From an uncultured Actinomycetes bacterium (GTDB taxonomy: Bacteria > Actinomycetota > Thermoleophilia > UBA2241), in assembly GCA_963845355.1 (NCBI GenBank), contig CAWJRV010000053.1, positions 14,156-78,155 of the forward strand: a stretch of DNA of 64,000 nucleotides, written 5' to 3'. The notes under the pieces are model-generated. The model did not search any database. It was not told where the DNA came from and was given only the letters and a program-made list of their open reading frames with translations. Positions 15,691 through 25,600 of this stretch are shown piece by piece. How positions within the stretch are numbered: the stretch's first letter is position 1; the number at the start of each line of letters is the position of its first letter. The position numbers and the translations under genes are program-made.

Positions 15691-18045
15691 CTATGCGCCG
15701 ACCGGCGTCGCCGCGGCCGCCGTCGCACCCTCGGCGAGGCCACCGTGAGCTGCAGCGTCGCCTGCCGCATCGCCTGCCGCATCTCCTGCCGCGGCGCCCC
15801 CCGCCGGACCGCCGACATGCCCCTCGACGCTCACGTTGGGTAGCCACTCGAGCCAGCGCGGCAGGTACCAGTTCCAGTCGCCGAGCAGCTCCATGGCGGC
15901 CGGCACGATGATCGTGCGCACCACCGTGGCGTCGATCAGGACGGCGACGGCCAGGCCAAAGCCCATCTGCTGGAACATGACGAGCTGGCCGCCCGCCATG
16001 CCGGCGAAGACGCAGACCATGATCGCCGCGGCGCCCGTGATGATGCCGGCGGTGCGGCCGACACCGTAGGCCACCGCCTCGCGCGCGTCACCTGAGTGGT
16101 CGAAGCGCTCCTTGATGCGGCTGAGCAGAAAGACCTGGTAGTCCATGGAGAGACCGAACAGCAGGCTGAACAGAAAGAGCGGCACCCAGGCCTCGATCGT
16201 GTCGACGTGGGTCAGGCCGAGCAGGTGGGCGCCGAGGCCCTTCTGAAAGACGAGCACCATGAGGCCGTAGGCGGCGCCCACCGACAGCAGGTTCATGGCG
16301 ATCGCCTTGGCCGGAATGACGATCGAGCGGAAAGCCACGAGCAGCAAGACGAAGCTGAGCGACAGCACGACGGTCAGAGCGATCGGCAGCCAGCGGTGAA
16401 AGAAGGCGAGGTAGTCGACCACGAAGGCGGTGTTGCCGGAGACGTAGACCTTGGCGGGCGCACCGGCGAAGGCGGCCGGTACCATGGTGGCGCGAAGCTG
16501 CGTCACGAGAGCTCGCGTGGCATCGCCGGCCGGGTCGCCCGAAAGGCTGGTCGAGACCAGCGTCAGGTCGCCTGCCTTGTCGACGGTCACCTGTGCCGGC
16601 CCAAAGCGGCCGTCGCTTCTCATGGCCGTCTCGAGGCGTGCGACCGCCTGCTTGACCCTGGGCGCCGACGCCGGGCCGTCGACGACGATCTGCAACGGAT
16701 TGGCCTTACCCAGCGAGAAGTCCCGGCCGAGGATGTCCCAGCCCTGCTTGGAGTACTGGTCGGCCGGCAGGTAGCGCGCCGTCATGTTGGTGTTGCCGGT
16801 CTTCATCACGAGCACCGGCGACGCCAGCGTGAGCAGCGCCACGACGGCCACCGTGAGCCAGACCACAGGGCGGCGCATGATGGCGTGGGCGAGCCGCTCG
16901 AACAGGGCCGAGCCGGCGGCGGCGCGCCTCAGGGCCAGGTGCCCGACCACCGGCACGCGCAGGGCGTTCACGTGGTCCCCGAGCAGCCCCAGCAGGGCCG
17001 GCAGCAGGATCAGGGTGGTGAGCAGCGTCGTAAAGACGACCAGCATGACGCCGAGGCCCATGCTGATGGTGATGTCGAGCGGCACGATGACCATGCCGAG
17101 CATGGCCAGAAAGACGGTCATGCCGCTGAAGAAGATGGCCCGGTTGGCGGTGGCGCCGGTGGCCGCGATGGCGTCGATCCTAGCGAGGCCGCGAGCGCGC
17201 TCTTCGCGATATCGCGAGATCACGAAGAGCGTGTAGTCGATACCCACCGCCAGACCCATCATGGTGAGGACGTTCAGCACGAAGGTGTTCATCGGGTAGA
17301 TCTGGCCGATCAGGCCGGTCAAGGCGAGCGCCAGGACGATGCTGAGCATACTGAGAAGGAGCGGCAGGCCGGCGGTGACCAGCGCGCCGAACACGATCAC
17401 CAGGACGATCAGAGCCGCCGGAACGCCGAAGATCTCGGCCTTTTCCATGTCGCTCTTGGCAACCTGGGTGATCATCTCGTTCAGGCTGGCGTCGCCGGTC
17501 TGGGCCAGCGTAAAGCCGTGCCCCGCCCCGGCCACGACGACCGCATGCAGCCTGTCGACGTGTTTCATGGCCGTGTCCTGGTCGCCGGCCATGACGACCG
17601 GCAGCAGCGCCCCGCGGCCGTCTTTTGAGACCAGCGTCTGGTCGTGGGTCGCGTAGACGTTCGTGACGCTCTGCACCACGCCGGGCCCCAGCCCGGCGAT
17701 CTGGGCGGTCAGGCCTTCGACGTAGCGCCGAAACGCCGGGTCACCGACCTTGAGGCTCGCCGAACGCACGATGACGAAGTCGGTCATGCGCTGCGGACCG
17801 GTCAGACGCTTCTCGACCAGGTCCTGGCCGATCAGGCTGGCGGGCTTGCTGCCGCGAAACTGCATGTTCGACGTGACCCCGCTCGACAGCAACACGCCGA
17901 GCGAGGCCATCGCGATCGCAGTGAGAACGAGCCAGGCGCCGATGGTGCGCCAAGGATGAGTGGCGCTCGTTCGAGCGAGCCGCTCCGTGAACGACGACCC
18001 TCTGCCTGCCCGCCCTCTCGTGACGCCCTGCTCATGCTGATTCAT
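15691..18045 (-). CDS. MMPL family (RND-type) membrane transporter
   Basis: About 785 aa with two six-helix bundles and two extracytoplasmic loops, typical of MMPL proteins. ATG-18045 (MNQHEQ) follows GAGGGTGGGG; the GTG at 18057 is an alternative start. The C-terminal tail carries GDAAGDAAGDAA repeats. Confidence 0.85.
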   Translation of the reverse strand: MNQHEQGVTRGRAGRGSSFTERLARTSATHPWRTIGAWLVLTAIAMASLGVLLSSGVTSNMQFRGSKPASLIGQDLVEKRLTGPQRMTDFVIVRSASLKVGDPAFRRYVEGLTAQIAGLGPGVVQSVTNVYATHDQTLVSKDGRGALLPVVMAGDQDTAMKHVDRLHAVVVAGAGHGFTLAQTGDASLNEMITQVAKSDMEKAEIFGVPAALIVLVIVFGALVTAGLPLLLSMLSIVLALALTGLIGQIYPMNTFVLNVLTMMGLAVGIDYTLFVISRYREERARGLARIDAIAATGATANRAIFFSGMTVFLAMLGMVIVPLDITISMGLGVMLVVFTTLLTTLILLPALLGLLGDHVNALRVPVVGHLALRRAAAGSALFERLAHAIMRRPVVWLTVAVVALLTLASPVLVMKTGNTNMTARYLPADQYSKQGWDILGRDFSLGKANPLQIVVDGPASAPRVKQAVARLETAMRSDGRFGPAQVTVDKAGDLTLVSTSLSGDPAGDATRALVTQLRATMVPAAFAGAPAKVYVSGNTAFVVDYLAFFHRWLPIALTVVLSLSFVLLLVAFRSIVIPAKAIAMNLLSVGAAYGLMVLVFQKGLGAHLLGLTHVDTIEAWVPLFLFSLLFGLSMDYQVFLLSRIKERFDHSGDAREAVAYGVGRTAGIITGAAAIMVCVFAGMAGGQLVMFQQMGFGLAVAVLIDATVVRTIIVPAAMELLGDWNWYLPRWLEWLPNVSVEGHVGGPAGGAAAGDAAGDAAGDAAAHGGLAEGATAAAATPVGA

Positions 18046-18076
18046 CTGACACCCCACCCTCGGACTGCTGAACGGC

Positions 18077-18130
18077 CACAGTTTAGCGTGACGATATTTA
18101 GATTGTCAAATAATCATCTTCTCGTATAGT
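18077..18130. promoter_or_regulatory. bidirectional promoter/operator cassette, copy 2 (MMPL-RR-HK operon <-> long leader)
   Basis: Minus strand: TTGACA (18109-18104), 18 nt, TAAACT (18085-18080). Plus strand: TTGTCA (18103-18108), 16 nt, TATAGT (18125-18130). The geometry is the same as copy 1. Confidence 0.5.
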
Positions 18131-18475
18131 GCTGACCTGCTGAGCAAAGGCTACCGGCAGACTCCCCGCCGGGCGTCGCCCCAGCGGTGGAGATCGGGGT
18201 CAACTCCGGGAAGAACTCTCGAGGGTGTCCAGCGGCCTGGCGGCGAGGACCCCTGGATCGTTCGTCATCCTGCAGGGGTAGAAACCGTCATCCTTCAGAG
18301 GGATGGCGCCAGCCCGCGCCCGCCCGCGACGGCCCGCGGGCGGGCGCCGGCGGCCGCGGGCCGACGCCCTGCGACCAGCCGCGGCCGCCGGTCCACGCGC
18401 CGTCACAGCGCCGGAGCGATCGCCGGTCGTGCTGATGATAGGCTGTCGAGCGAACGTGATGGAGGTTTCCCGCGC

Positions 18476-19600
18476 ATGACCACCGAGACCGCACCGACCA
18501 CCCTTCCCTACCGCGCGCCGATGGGCGCCGGCCCGGCCGAGATCGACACTCCCGCGCTGCTGCTCGACCACGACAAGCTCAGCCGCAACATCGCACGCAT
18601 GGCCGCCTTCGTGGCCGGCGGCCCGGCGAAGCTGCGACCGCACAGCAAGAGTCACAAATGCGTCGAGATCGCCCGCCTGCAGCTCGCCGCCGGCGCGACG
18701 GGCATCACCTGCGCCAAGGTCGGCGAAGCCGAAGCGCTGGCCGACGGCGGCATCACCGACATCCTCATCGCCAACCAGATCGTCGGGCCGATCAAGATCG
18801 CCCGTCTCATAGCCCTGGCTCGCCGCTGCACCGTCACGGTGGCCGTCGACGATGCCGGCAACGTCGCCCAGCTCTCGCAGGCCGCTGAGCGCGCCGGCGT
18901 CGGCATCCGCTGCTACGTCGAGGTCGACATTGGCATGGGTCGTTGCGGCGTGCCCGACGGAGCGGCCGCGCTGCGGCTGGCGCGGCTCATCGACGAGAGT
19001 CCGGGGCTGGCCTTCGGCGGGCTGCAGGCCTACGAGGGACACCTGCAGGAGCTGGAGCCGCTCGACGAACGCATCGCGCTCACCAGGCGCGATATGGAGC
19101 GAGCCCGCGCCGCCAAAGAGGCCGTCGAAGCCGGCGGCCTCGCGGTCGGGCAGGTGAGCGGCGGCGGCACCGGCACGCACCTGGTCACCGGCCGCCTGCC
19201 CTTCATGACCGAGTTGCAATGCGGCTCGTATGCCACCATGGACGCCGAGTACAAGGCGGTCGGCGGGGCCGACTTCGACAACGCCCTCACCGTGCTCGCC
19301 ACGGTCGTGAGCCGGCCGCGCCCAGAAAGCGCCGTGATCGACGCCGGCCTCAAGGCGATCACGCCCGAGTTCGGCCAGCCGGCGGTGTTATGCGACGGCG
19401 CGGGCTGGCGCGGCTTCTCCGAAGAACACGGCGAGCTCACCCTGAGCGGACCGGCGCGTGACCTGCGCGTCGGCGACAAGCTCGAGCTGATCCCCCGTCA
19501 CGGCTGCACCACCGTCAACCTCTACGACCGTTTCCACGTGATGCGCGAGGGCCGGCTGATCGACGAGTGGACCGTCGCCGGGCGGGGGCGCAGCCAATGA
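18476..19600 (+). CDS. PLP-dependent D-threonine aldolase / D-serine dehydratase-like (DSD1, alanine-racemase N-terminal fold) enzyme
   Basis: 374 aa with a TPALLLD...LRPHSKSHKC motif (PLP lysine context) and a C-terminal LIPRHGCTTVNLYD typical of the D-TA/DSD1 family. Confidence 0.75.
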   Translation: MTTETAPTTLPYRAPMGAGPAEIDTPALLLDHDKLSRNIARMAAFVAGGPAKLRPHSKSHKCVEIARLQLAAGATGITCAKVGEAEALADGGITDILIANQIVGPIKIARLIALARRCTVTVAVDDAGNVAQLSQAAERAGVGIRCYVEVDIGMGRCGVPDGAAALRLARLIDESPGLAFGGLQAYEGHLQELEPLDERIALTRRDMERARAAKEAVEAGGLAVGQVSGGGTGTHLVTGRLPFMTELQCGSYATMDAEYKAVGGADFDNALTVLATVVSRPRPESAVIDAGLKAITPEFGQPAVLCDGAGWRGFSEEHGELTLSGPARDLRVGDKLELIPRHGCTTVNLYDRFHVMREGRLIDEWTVAGRGRSQ

Positions 19601-19611
19601 CCGGCGCAGAC

Positions 19612-19706
19612 GACGACCGGCGCGGCGCAGGCGAGCGGCGAGGCACAGCCGAACGGCGAGGCACGGGCGACGACCGGCGAGGCACGGGCGAGCGGCGAAG
19701 CGCAGG
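19612..19706. repeat. imperfect repeats (57-nt period with an internal CGGCGAGGCAC motif in 3 copies)
   Basis: 19612-19649 versus 19669-19706 match at 32/38 nt. The motif CGGCGAGGCAC recurs with spacings of 18 and 21 nt. Confidence 0.8.
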
Positions 19707-19713
19707 CGTCTCC

Positions 19714-20730
19714 ATGACCGACGAAGCCTTCACACGCGGCATCCCCAAGGCCGAGCTTCACCTGCACATCGAGGGCACGCTCGAGCCCGAGATGATGCTC
19801 GAGCTCGGCGCCCGTAACGGGGTGCACGTGCCCTACGCCGACGCAGACGAAGCGCGCGCCGCCTACCGCTTCGCCGACCTGCGCGCCTTCTTGCACCTCT
19901 ACTACCGCAGCACGGCGGTGCTGCTCCACGAACGGGACTTCTTCGAGCTGACGGCGGCCTACCTGCGCCGCGTGCAGGCCGACGGCGCCCGCCACGTCGA
20001 GATCTTCTTCGACCCGCAGAGCCACCTCGATCGCGGCGTGCCGTTCGGCGCGGTGATCGGCGGCATCGCCGCGGCGCTCGCCGAAGGCGAGCGCCTGCTC
20101 GACATCTCCTCACGACTCATCATGTGCTTTTTGCGCGACGAGAGCCCGCGCAGCGCCCTCGAGGTCCTCGAACTGGCGCGGCCGCATCGCGACCTGATCG
20201 CCGGCGTAGGCCTCGATTCGGCCGAGGTGGGCCATCCGCCGGGCGAGTTCGCCGAAGTCTTCGCGGCGGCCCGCGAGGCGGGCTTTGCGGCCGTGGCCCA
20301 CGCCGGCGAGGAAGGTCCCGCGTCGTATGTCGCCGACGCGCTCGACCAGCTCGCCGTGCGACGCATCGACCACGGCGTGCGAGCGATCGACGACGCCGCC
20401 CTCGTCGCCCGCCTGCGGCGCGAGCGCGTCACGCTGACCATGTGCCCGCTTTCGAACCTGCGCCTCGGCGTCGTCGCCGATCTCGCCGAGCACCCGCTCA
20501 AGCGCCTGCTCGACGCCGGCGTGCCGGTCACGGTCAACTCAGACGACCCCGCCTACTTCGGCGGCTATCTGGTCGACAACTACCTGGCAGTTGGCGCCGC
20601 CCTGGGTCTTGGGCGTGCCGACATTGCGACCCTCGCCCGCAACTCGATCACCGGTTCGCTGCTTTCCGCCGAACGCCAGGCGGGACTGCTCGCCGAGATC
20701 GACGCCTTCGTCGGGGCGACACTCGGCTAG
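19714..20730 (+). CDS. adenosine/adenine deaminase (ADE-type member of the adenosine deaminase family)
   Basis: PKAELHLHIEGTLEPEMMLEL, HAGEEGP and VTVNSDDPAYFG metal/catalytic motifs. An alternative start at ATG-19597 (ATGA-coupled to the upstream stop) would add a 39-aa Arg/Gly repeat extension. Confidence 0.85.
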   Translation: MTDEAFTRGIPKAELHLHIEGTLEPEMMLELGARNGVHVPYADADEARAAYRFADLRAFLHLYYRSTAVLLHERDFFELTAAYLRRVQADGARHVEIFFDPQSHLDRGVPFGAVIGGIAAALAEGERLLDISSRLIMCFLRDESPRSALEVLELARPHRDLIAGVGLDSAEVGHPPGEFAEVFAAAREAGFAAVAHAGEEGPASYVADALDQLAVRRIDHGVRAIDDAALVARLRRERVTLTMCPLSNLRLGVVADLAEHPLKRLLDAGVPVTVNSDDPAYFGGYLVDNYLAVGAALGLGRADIATLARNSITGSLLSAERQAGLLAEIDAFVGATLG

Positions 20731-20740
20731 AAGACTCCGG

Positions 20741-20795
20741 CGCGCGGTCGGAACACCGGGGCGCGCGGTCAGAACACCGGGGCGCGCGGTCAGAA
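20741..20795. repeat. 21-nt tandem repeat, ~2.6 copies
   Basis: CGCGCGGTC(G/A)GAACACCGGGG at 20741-20761 and 20762-20782, then a partial copy to 20795. Confidence 0.9.
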
Positions 20796-20858
20796 GGCGC
20801 GCACGCCGCGCGGCATCACACTTTCTGTCTACGGCCGGGGCGCGATATCCTAACGCGC

Positions 20859-21365
20859 ATGGCCCGCCTCGTGACACCGTCGACGGACTACCAGGATTCG
20901 TACCTGCGGGCGCTCGCGGAGTTCCACGACGAGCGCCGCCATCTCGAGCTGGGCCTGGCCACGCTGCGCGACCGCGCCACCTTTGAGCGGTTCGTCGCCG
21001 CCCTGCGCGCCGAAGAGCATCTTCGGGCCGGCGATCACTCGGGCCGCGTGGCGCAGACGAACCTCTGGTGGGTCGAAGACGACGAGTTCGTGGGCCGCAT
21101 CGCGCTGCGCCACTCTCTGAACGCTGGCCTGCGCAGCGTCGGCGGCCACGTCGGCTACGAGATCAGACCGAGCTTCCGGCATCGCGGCAATGCCACCGCC
21201 ATGCTCGCTGCTGCTCTGCCGGTGGTCTTCTCGATGGGGATCGATCCTGCGCTCATCACCTGCGACGTGTCCAACACCATCTCGCGCCGTGTGATCGAAG
21301 CCAACGGCGGGCGCTACGCCGGCCGCGACGCCGACGAGCTGCACTTCTGGGTGCCCACGTCGTAG
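20859..21365 (+). CDS. GNAT family N-acetyltransferase
   Basis: 168 aa starting MARLVTPSTDY. The acetyl-CoA loop is RHRGNATAMLAAAL. The 5' part of the track ORF 20124..21365 lies over the deaminase gene and is rejected. Confidence 0.7.
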   Translation: MARLVTPSTDYQDSYLRALAEFHDERRHLELGLATLRDRATFERFVAALRAEEHLRAGDHSGRVAQTNLWWVEDDEFVGRIALRHSLNAGLRSVGGHVGYEIRPSFRHRGNATAMLAAALPVVFSMGIDPALITCDVSNTISRRVIEANGGRYAGRDADELHFWVPTS

Positions 21366-21414
21366 CCGGCGCGGCGGCCGTGCGGGGTGTGCGGCCGCGC
21401 AGGGTGTGCGGCCG

Positions 21415-21711
21415 CTAGCCTGAGCGCCGGCGCTGAGCCTGCGCGTCGCGCAGGTCGCGCAGGTCGCGAGCCTTGATCTGGCTCAACCGGAAGACCTTCG
21501 CGTGTGCGCGCAGCGAGGCCGGCACGTAGTCGTCGACGGCCTCTTCGGCGCCGCCGGCGCGCACAAAGATGTAACCCGTGTGATTGCCGACCAGGCAGCC
21601 CCACTCATAGGCCTCCTGAAAGCCCGGACCTTGACTGATGGTCTCGTCGATCGCGTCGAGACACACGTCGGGATCGTGCGGCACGACGACCAGGAATCGC
21701 GCCCGGGTCAT
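21415..21711 (-). CDS. hypothetical small protein
   Basis: 98 aa. ATG-21711 is preceded by a strong AAGGAGGGG. The composition is ordinary (MTRARFLVVVPHDPDVCLDAIDETISQGPGFQEAYEWGCLVGNHTGYIFV). No family recognised. Confidence 0.55.
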   Translation of the reverse strand: MTRARFLVVVPHDPDVCLDAIDETISQGPGFQEAYEWGCLVGNHTGYIFVRAGGAEEAVDDYVPASLRAHAKVFRLSQIKARDLRDLRDAQAQRRRSG

Positions 21712-21911
21712 GTCCCCTCCTTTGCGCGCTGGAGATGACCCCGGCATCCCCTCTGGCGACGGTGACCAAACCGCGATGTCCCGCTCGATTATGATGAGGC
21801 CCGACGCAGGTCGTCGCCCAGCAACCGCGGCGATCTGCATACTGGGCGGAGCCGGCAACGGCACACCGAGCGCACACCGGCAGGAGCAGACCGGGCGGAA
21901 CCGACAGGAGG

Positions 21912-22589
21912 GTGGCCGTGGACGACAGGGTACTGCGAGTGGTCGCGTGGGTGGGCATCGTCTCGTGCCTGTTCTTGGGCTTCTGGCTGCGCACCGGCCA
22001 TACCTGGGTCGTGTTCGTAGTGATCGGCGGGCTCTGCGTGGCGTACCTCGCGGTCGGCGCCCGGCACGACAAGAAGGCCTCGAGCGTGCTGCCTGCCTCG
22101 CTCGACCGCCTGGCGTACTTCAGCGACGACGCCAGCGTGGCCTTCGCCTGGCTGTGGCGGAAGGGACGCGCAGGACGGCTTCGCATCTTGCGTTCGGACG
22201 ATCGTCCCGCCGAGAGCCCCGATGCCGCGACCGGCCAGACCCCCGTCTTCGACGGCGGCGATCAGCAGCAAGTGGTCGATCGCGACGTCCAGCCGCACCG
22301 CACCTACCACTACACCATTTTCGTCGCGGATGCCCGGGGTCGTTGGTCGGACCCCATCCACCAACCGGTCCTCACCGACACGCCGAATGACCGGGAGGCC
22401 ATCGAAGCCACCTACAACGGCCCGCCGCCGGGATCGCCAGAAGCCGAGGCGCTGCTGCATACCCGCCCGTTCTCAAGAGAGAGCTCGCTCACCAACGCAG
22501 TCGCGGGCGTCGCCACCGACCTGATCTTCTCGGCGGCGTCGGTGTTCGCCGCCGACAAGCCGAGCGAGGGCTGGGAGGAGATCAAGTAG
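21912..22589 (+). CDS. hypothetical membrane protein (2 TM + beta-sandwich-like domain)
   Basis: Two N-terminal helices (VVAWVGIVSCLFLGFWL, WVVFVVIGGLCVAYLAV), then a soluble region with an FN3-like YHYTIFVADARGRWS motif. The start is GTG-21912 or GTG-21918, just after AGGAGG. Confidence 0.5.
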   Translation: MAVDDRVLRVVAWVGIVSCLFLGFWLRTGHTWVVFVVIGGLCVAYLAVGARHDKKASSVLPASLDRLAYFSDDASVAFAWLWRKGRAGRLRILRSDDRPAESPDAATGQTPVFDGGDQQQVVDRDVQPHRTYHYTIFVADARGRWSDPIHQPVLTDTPNDREAIEATYNGPPPGSPEAEALLHTRPFSRESSLTNAVAGVATDLIFSAASVFAADKPSEGWEEIK

Positions 22590-22604
22590 GACCGCGAGCC
22601 GAGC

Positions 22605-25600
22605 TCAGGCCAACCGCAGGATGACCACCTGGAGGTCGTCGTGGAGGCGGCCGGCAAAGGTCATGACGGCGTCGCACACGCCCTCGGCGACCCGCTGCGC
22701 CGGACGGCCGCGCAAACCGGAGACGACCTCGAGCAGGCGCTGCTCGCCGAGCAACTCGCCGCGCCGACGAGCCTCGGTGACGCCGTCGGTGTAAAGCACG
22801 AGGTAGTCGTCGAGGGTCAGCGTGGTGTGGGCGTTGGCGTAGTCGTGCGCAAAGGAGCCCAGCGGGGGTCCGTAGACCACGTCGAGGGTCCGACATGTGA
22901 AGGCGCCCAGGTGAAGGGGAGCAGGGTGCCCGGCGCTGGCGTAGCTCAGGTGTCCGGTGTGCGGATCGAGCACGGCGCAAAAGGCGGTCACGTGAGGCTC
23001 GTCGGGGTCGTAGCGCAACAGCAGCTCGTTGGTCTTGGCCAGAATGAAGGCCGGCGATGAGTCGATCGTGGCGAAGGCTCGCATCTTGGCGCGCACCGTC
23101 TCAGTGTGTCCCGCCGCCTTGACGCCCTTGCCCGCTACATCGCCGATGAGCGCAACGACGTGCGTGTCGTCGACCACGAAGACGTCGCTGAAGTCGCCGC
23201 CCACCAGCTCAGGTTCGAAGGCGGTCTTGGAGACTAAACCAAGTTCGAGGCCGGCAACGGTGGGCATGGGATGGACGAAGTTCTGCTGCAGGGTGATCGC
23301 GATGTGGCGCTGGACCTCGTAGCGACGCGTCAGCTCGTCCACATCGAACAGGGTCACGACCGCGCCGTCGATGCGCTTGTCGGACGTGGTGTAGGGACGG
23401 GCCTGCATGATGTACCAGCGGCCCTGGTCGTCTTGCACCTCACGTTCCTTGAGGGCCATCGTGTCGATCACCTCGCCGAGCAGTGCGGCCAGGTCGGGCA
23501 TGTCCATGGGCAGACGAAGATCGGTGATGGGTCGCCCGATGTCGCCGTGGATGACCTTGAACAGGCGCTCGGCGGCGGGAGTGAAGCGCCGTATGCGCAG
23601 GCCGCGATCGACCATGATGATGGGGAAGCTCACGCTGGCGAGAAGATTGCTGAGGTCGTCCCCCACTTGGGCAAGTTCGTCGTTGCGACTGCGCAGCTCC
23701 TGGTTTGTCGACTGCAACTCCTCGTGGGTCGTCTCAAGCTCCTCGTTGACGCTCTGCATCTCCTCGCCGCTGGAGAGCATCTCCTCGTTGGCGGCGCGCA
23801 GCTCTTCGTTGGCCGCTTCTTTGTCTGAGACGACTGCCTCCAGGCGCTCACGCGTCGCCACGAGCTCGTCGTGAAGCCGCCGGACCTCTTGCGCTTCGAG
23901 GGTCTCCGCGCTCGAGGGCGCAGACACCGCAGGCTCGCCGCGGCCGGGTAGTGGCGAGCGCTCCTCGAAGAGAACGACGAAGTGCCTCGTGCCTGCGGCG
24001 GCGTCGAAGGGCACGACGTGAAGGTCGATCGTGCGCCGGGCTTTTGCTCTGCCCGTAGGGATGCCGCTGAGGACGACCCTGGCCCCGGTGCGCGCCGCCT
24101 CTGCCAGAGACGCACGGACACTGCCGACCAGATCGTCGCGGACCATGTCCAGCAGGTTCAGACTCGGGCTGCCGGGCCTGTTGGCAAGGTACGGTCGTGT
24201 ATCGCCGCGAAACTCGACGATGCCCCACTGGGAGTCGACCGTGACCCCCGCCGGCGCAAGCTGAGCCAGCACGACCTTGTCGGCCTGCTCGCGCACGCCG
24301 GGGCTCGACCCCGCCCCCGAAAGACTCCCCACTACGGGCACCTGGCGGTCCGGTGCGAGAGCCCGCGAGGGGTGTCGCCGGGCCGGTAGACCAAGGTCTG
24401 GCGACCCGGGCAGTTTTCGAAAGATCTTGTGCGCCTTGTCGACGGTGTCGAACAGCCGGGCAGCGCCGGCGATCGACTCGGAGCGCCCCAGCACCAGGTA
24501 GCCTCCGGCCGCCAATCCGTAGTGCAGACTCGGGATCACCCGCCGCTGCAGCTCGGCGCCAAAGTAGATGAGCAGGTTGCGGCAGCTCACCAGATCGAGG
24601 TGTGGGAACGGCGGATCGGCCGTAAGGTCGTGGCGCGCGAACACGCAGAGCTCACGGACCGCCTTGCTGACCTGATAGCCACCCTCCGTGCGAACGAAGT
24701 AGCGGCGCAGCAGATCGGGGGCTACGACCGCCGCGATGCTCTCCGCAAAGATGCCACGGCGCGCCCGTTCGAGATCGAGCTCGTTGATGTCCGTGCCGAA
24801 GATCTTCACCGGAACGTCCTGGTCTTGCGCTTCCATCACATCGAGCATGGTCACGGCCAGGCTGTAGGCCTCTTCGCCGCTCGCGCAGCCGGGCACCCAG
24901 ACACGCAACGAGTCGCCGTTGCCCTTGCTTTGCAGAAGGTCGGGAAAGACGAGCTCACGAAGTGAAACGAAGGTCTCCGGGTCGCGGAAGAACTCGGTCA
25001 CCATGATGAGGATGTCGCGGTAGAGAGCTTCGATCTCGGCGGGATCCTCGGCCAGCAGCGTGATGTACTCCTCGAGATCGGCGCAGCGGCGCAAGAGCAT
25101 GCGGCGGGCAAGGCGACGGCGGATGGTCGGCAACTTGTAGGCCGAGAAGTCGACCTTGTAGGCGGCATGCAACGAGGCAAAGACTCGAGAGAGCGACTGG
25201 GCGTCGCCGCTACCGTCACCCTCGTCCAGGAGTCGCGTCGCCTTGCCGTTGAGGCGCGAGTCGGCGCCCAGGCGGGCGAGCTCCGCGGCCATTTCGTCGG
25301 GCGGCAGGACGAAATCGCACATGCGGGCGGCGATCGCCGAGGCCGGCATACTCGAATACTCCGCCGAGGTCGGTGCTTGAGCGAAGGTCACGCCGCCCTC
25401 AGACTTGATGGCAGCCAGGCCCTGCGCGCCGTCTGAGGCGGCTCCCGAGAGGATGACGCCGATCGCGCGTTCGCCCAGATTGACCGCGAGTGAGCGTAGA
25501 AAGGCGTCGATCGGCAGGTGCCTCGCCCCCTTCTCCGGGCGCGGTGTGAGTCTCAGTCGCCCGCTCTCGAACACCATGTCCGCACCGGGCGGGATCACGT

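Noticed and set aside
18187-18435. 82-aa plus-strand ORF in the MMPL / D-TA intergenic region
   Set aside because: It has no RBS, a GTG start in a GC context, and an Arg/Pro/Gly-rich product. The region is better treated as a leader or possible ncRNA (see the finding for 18077-18475).
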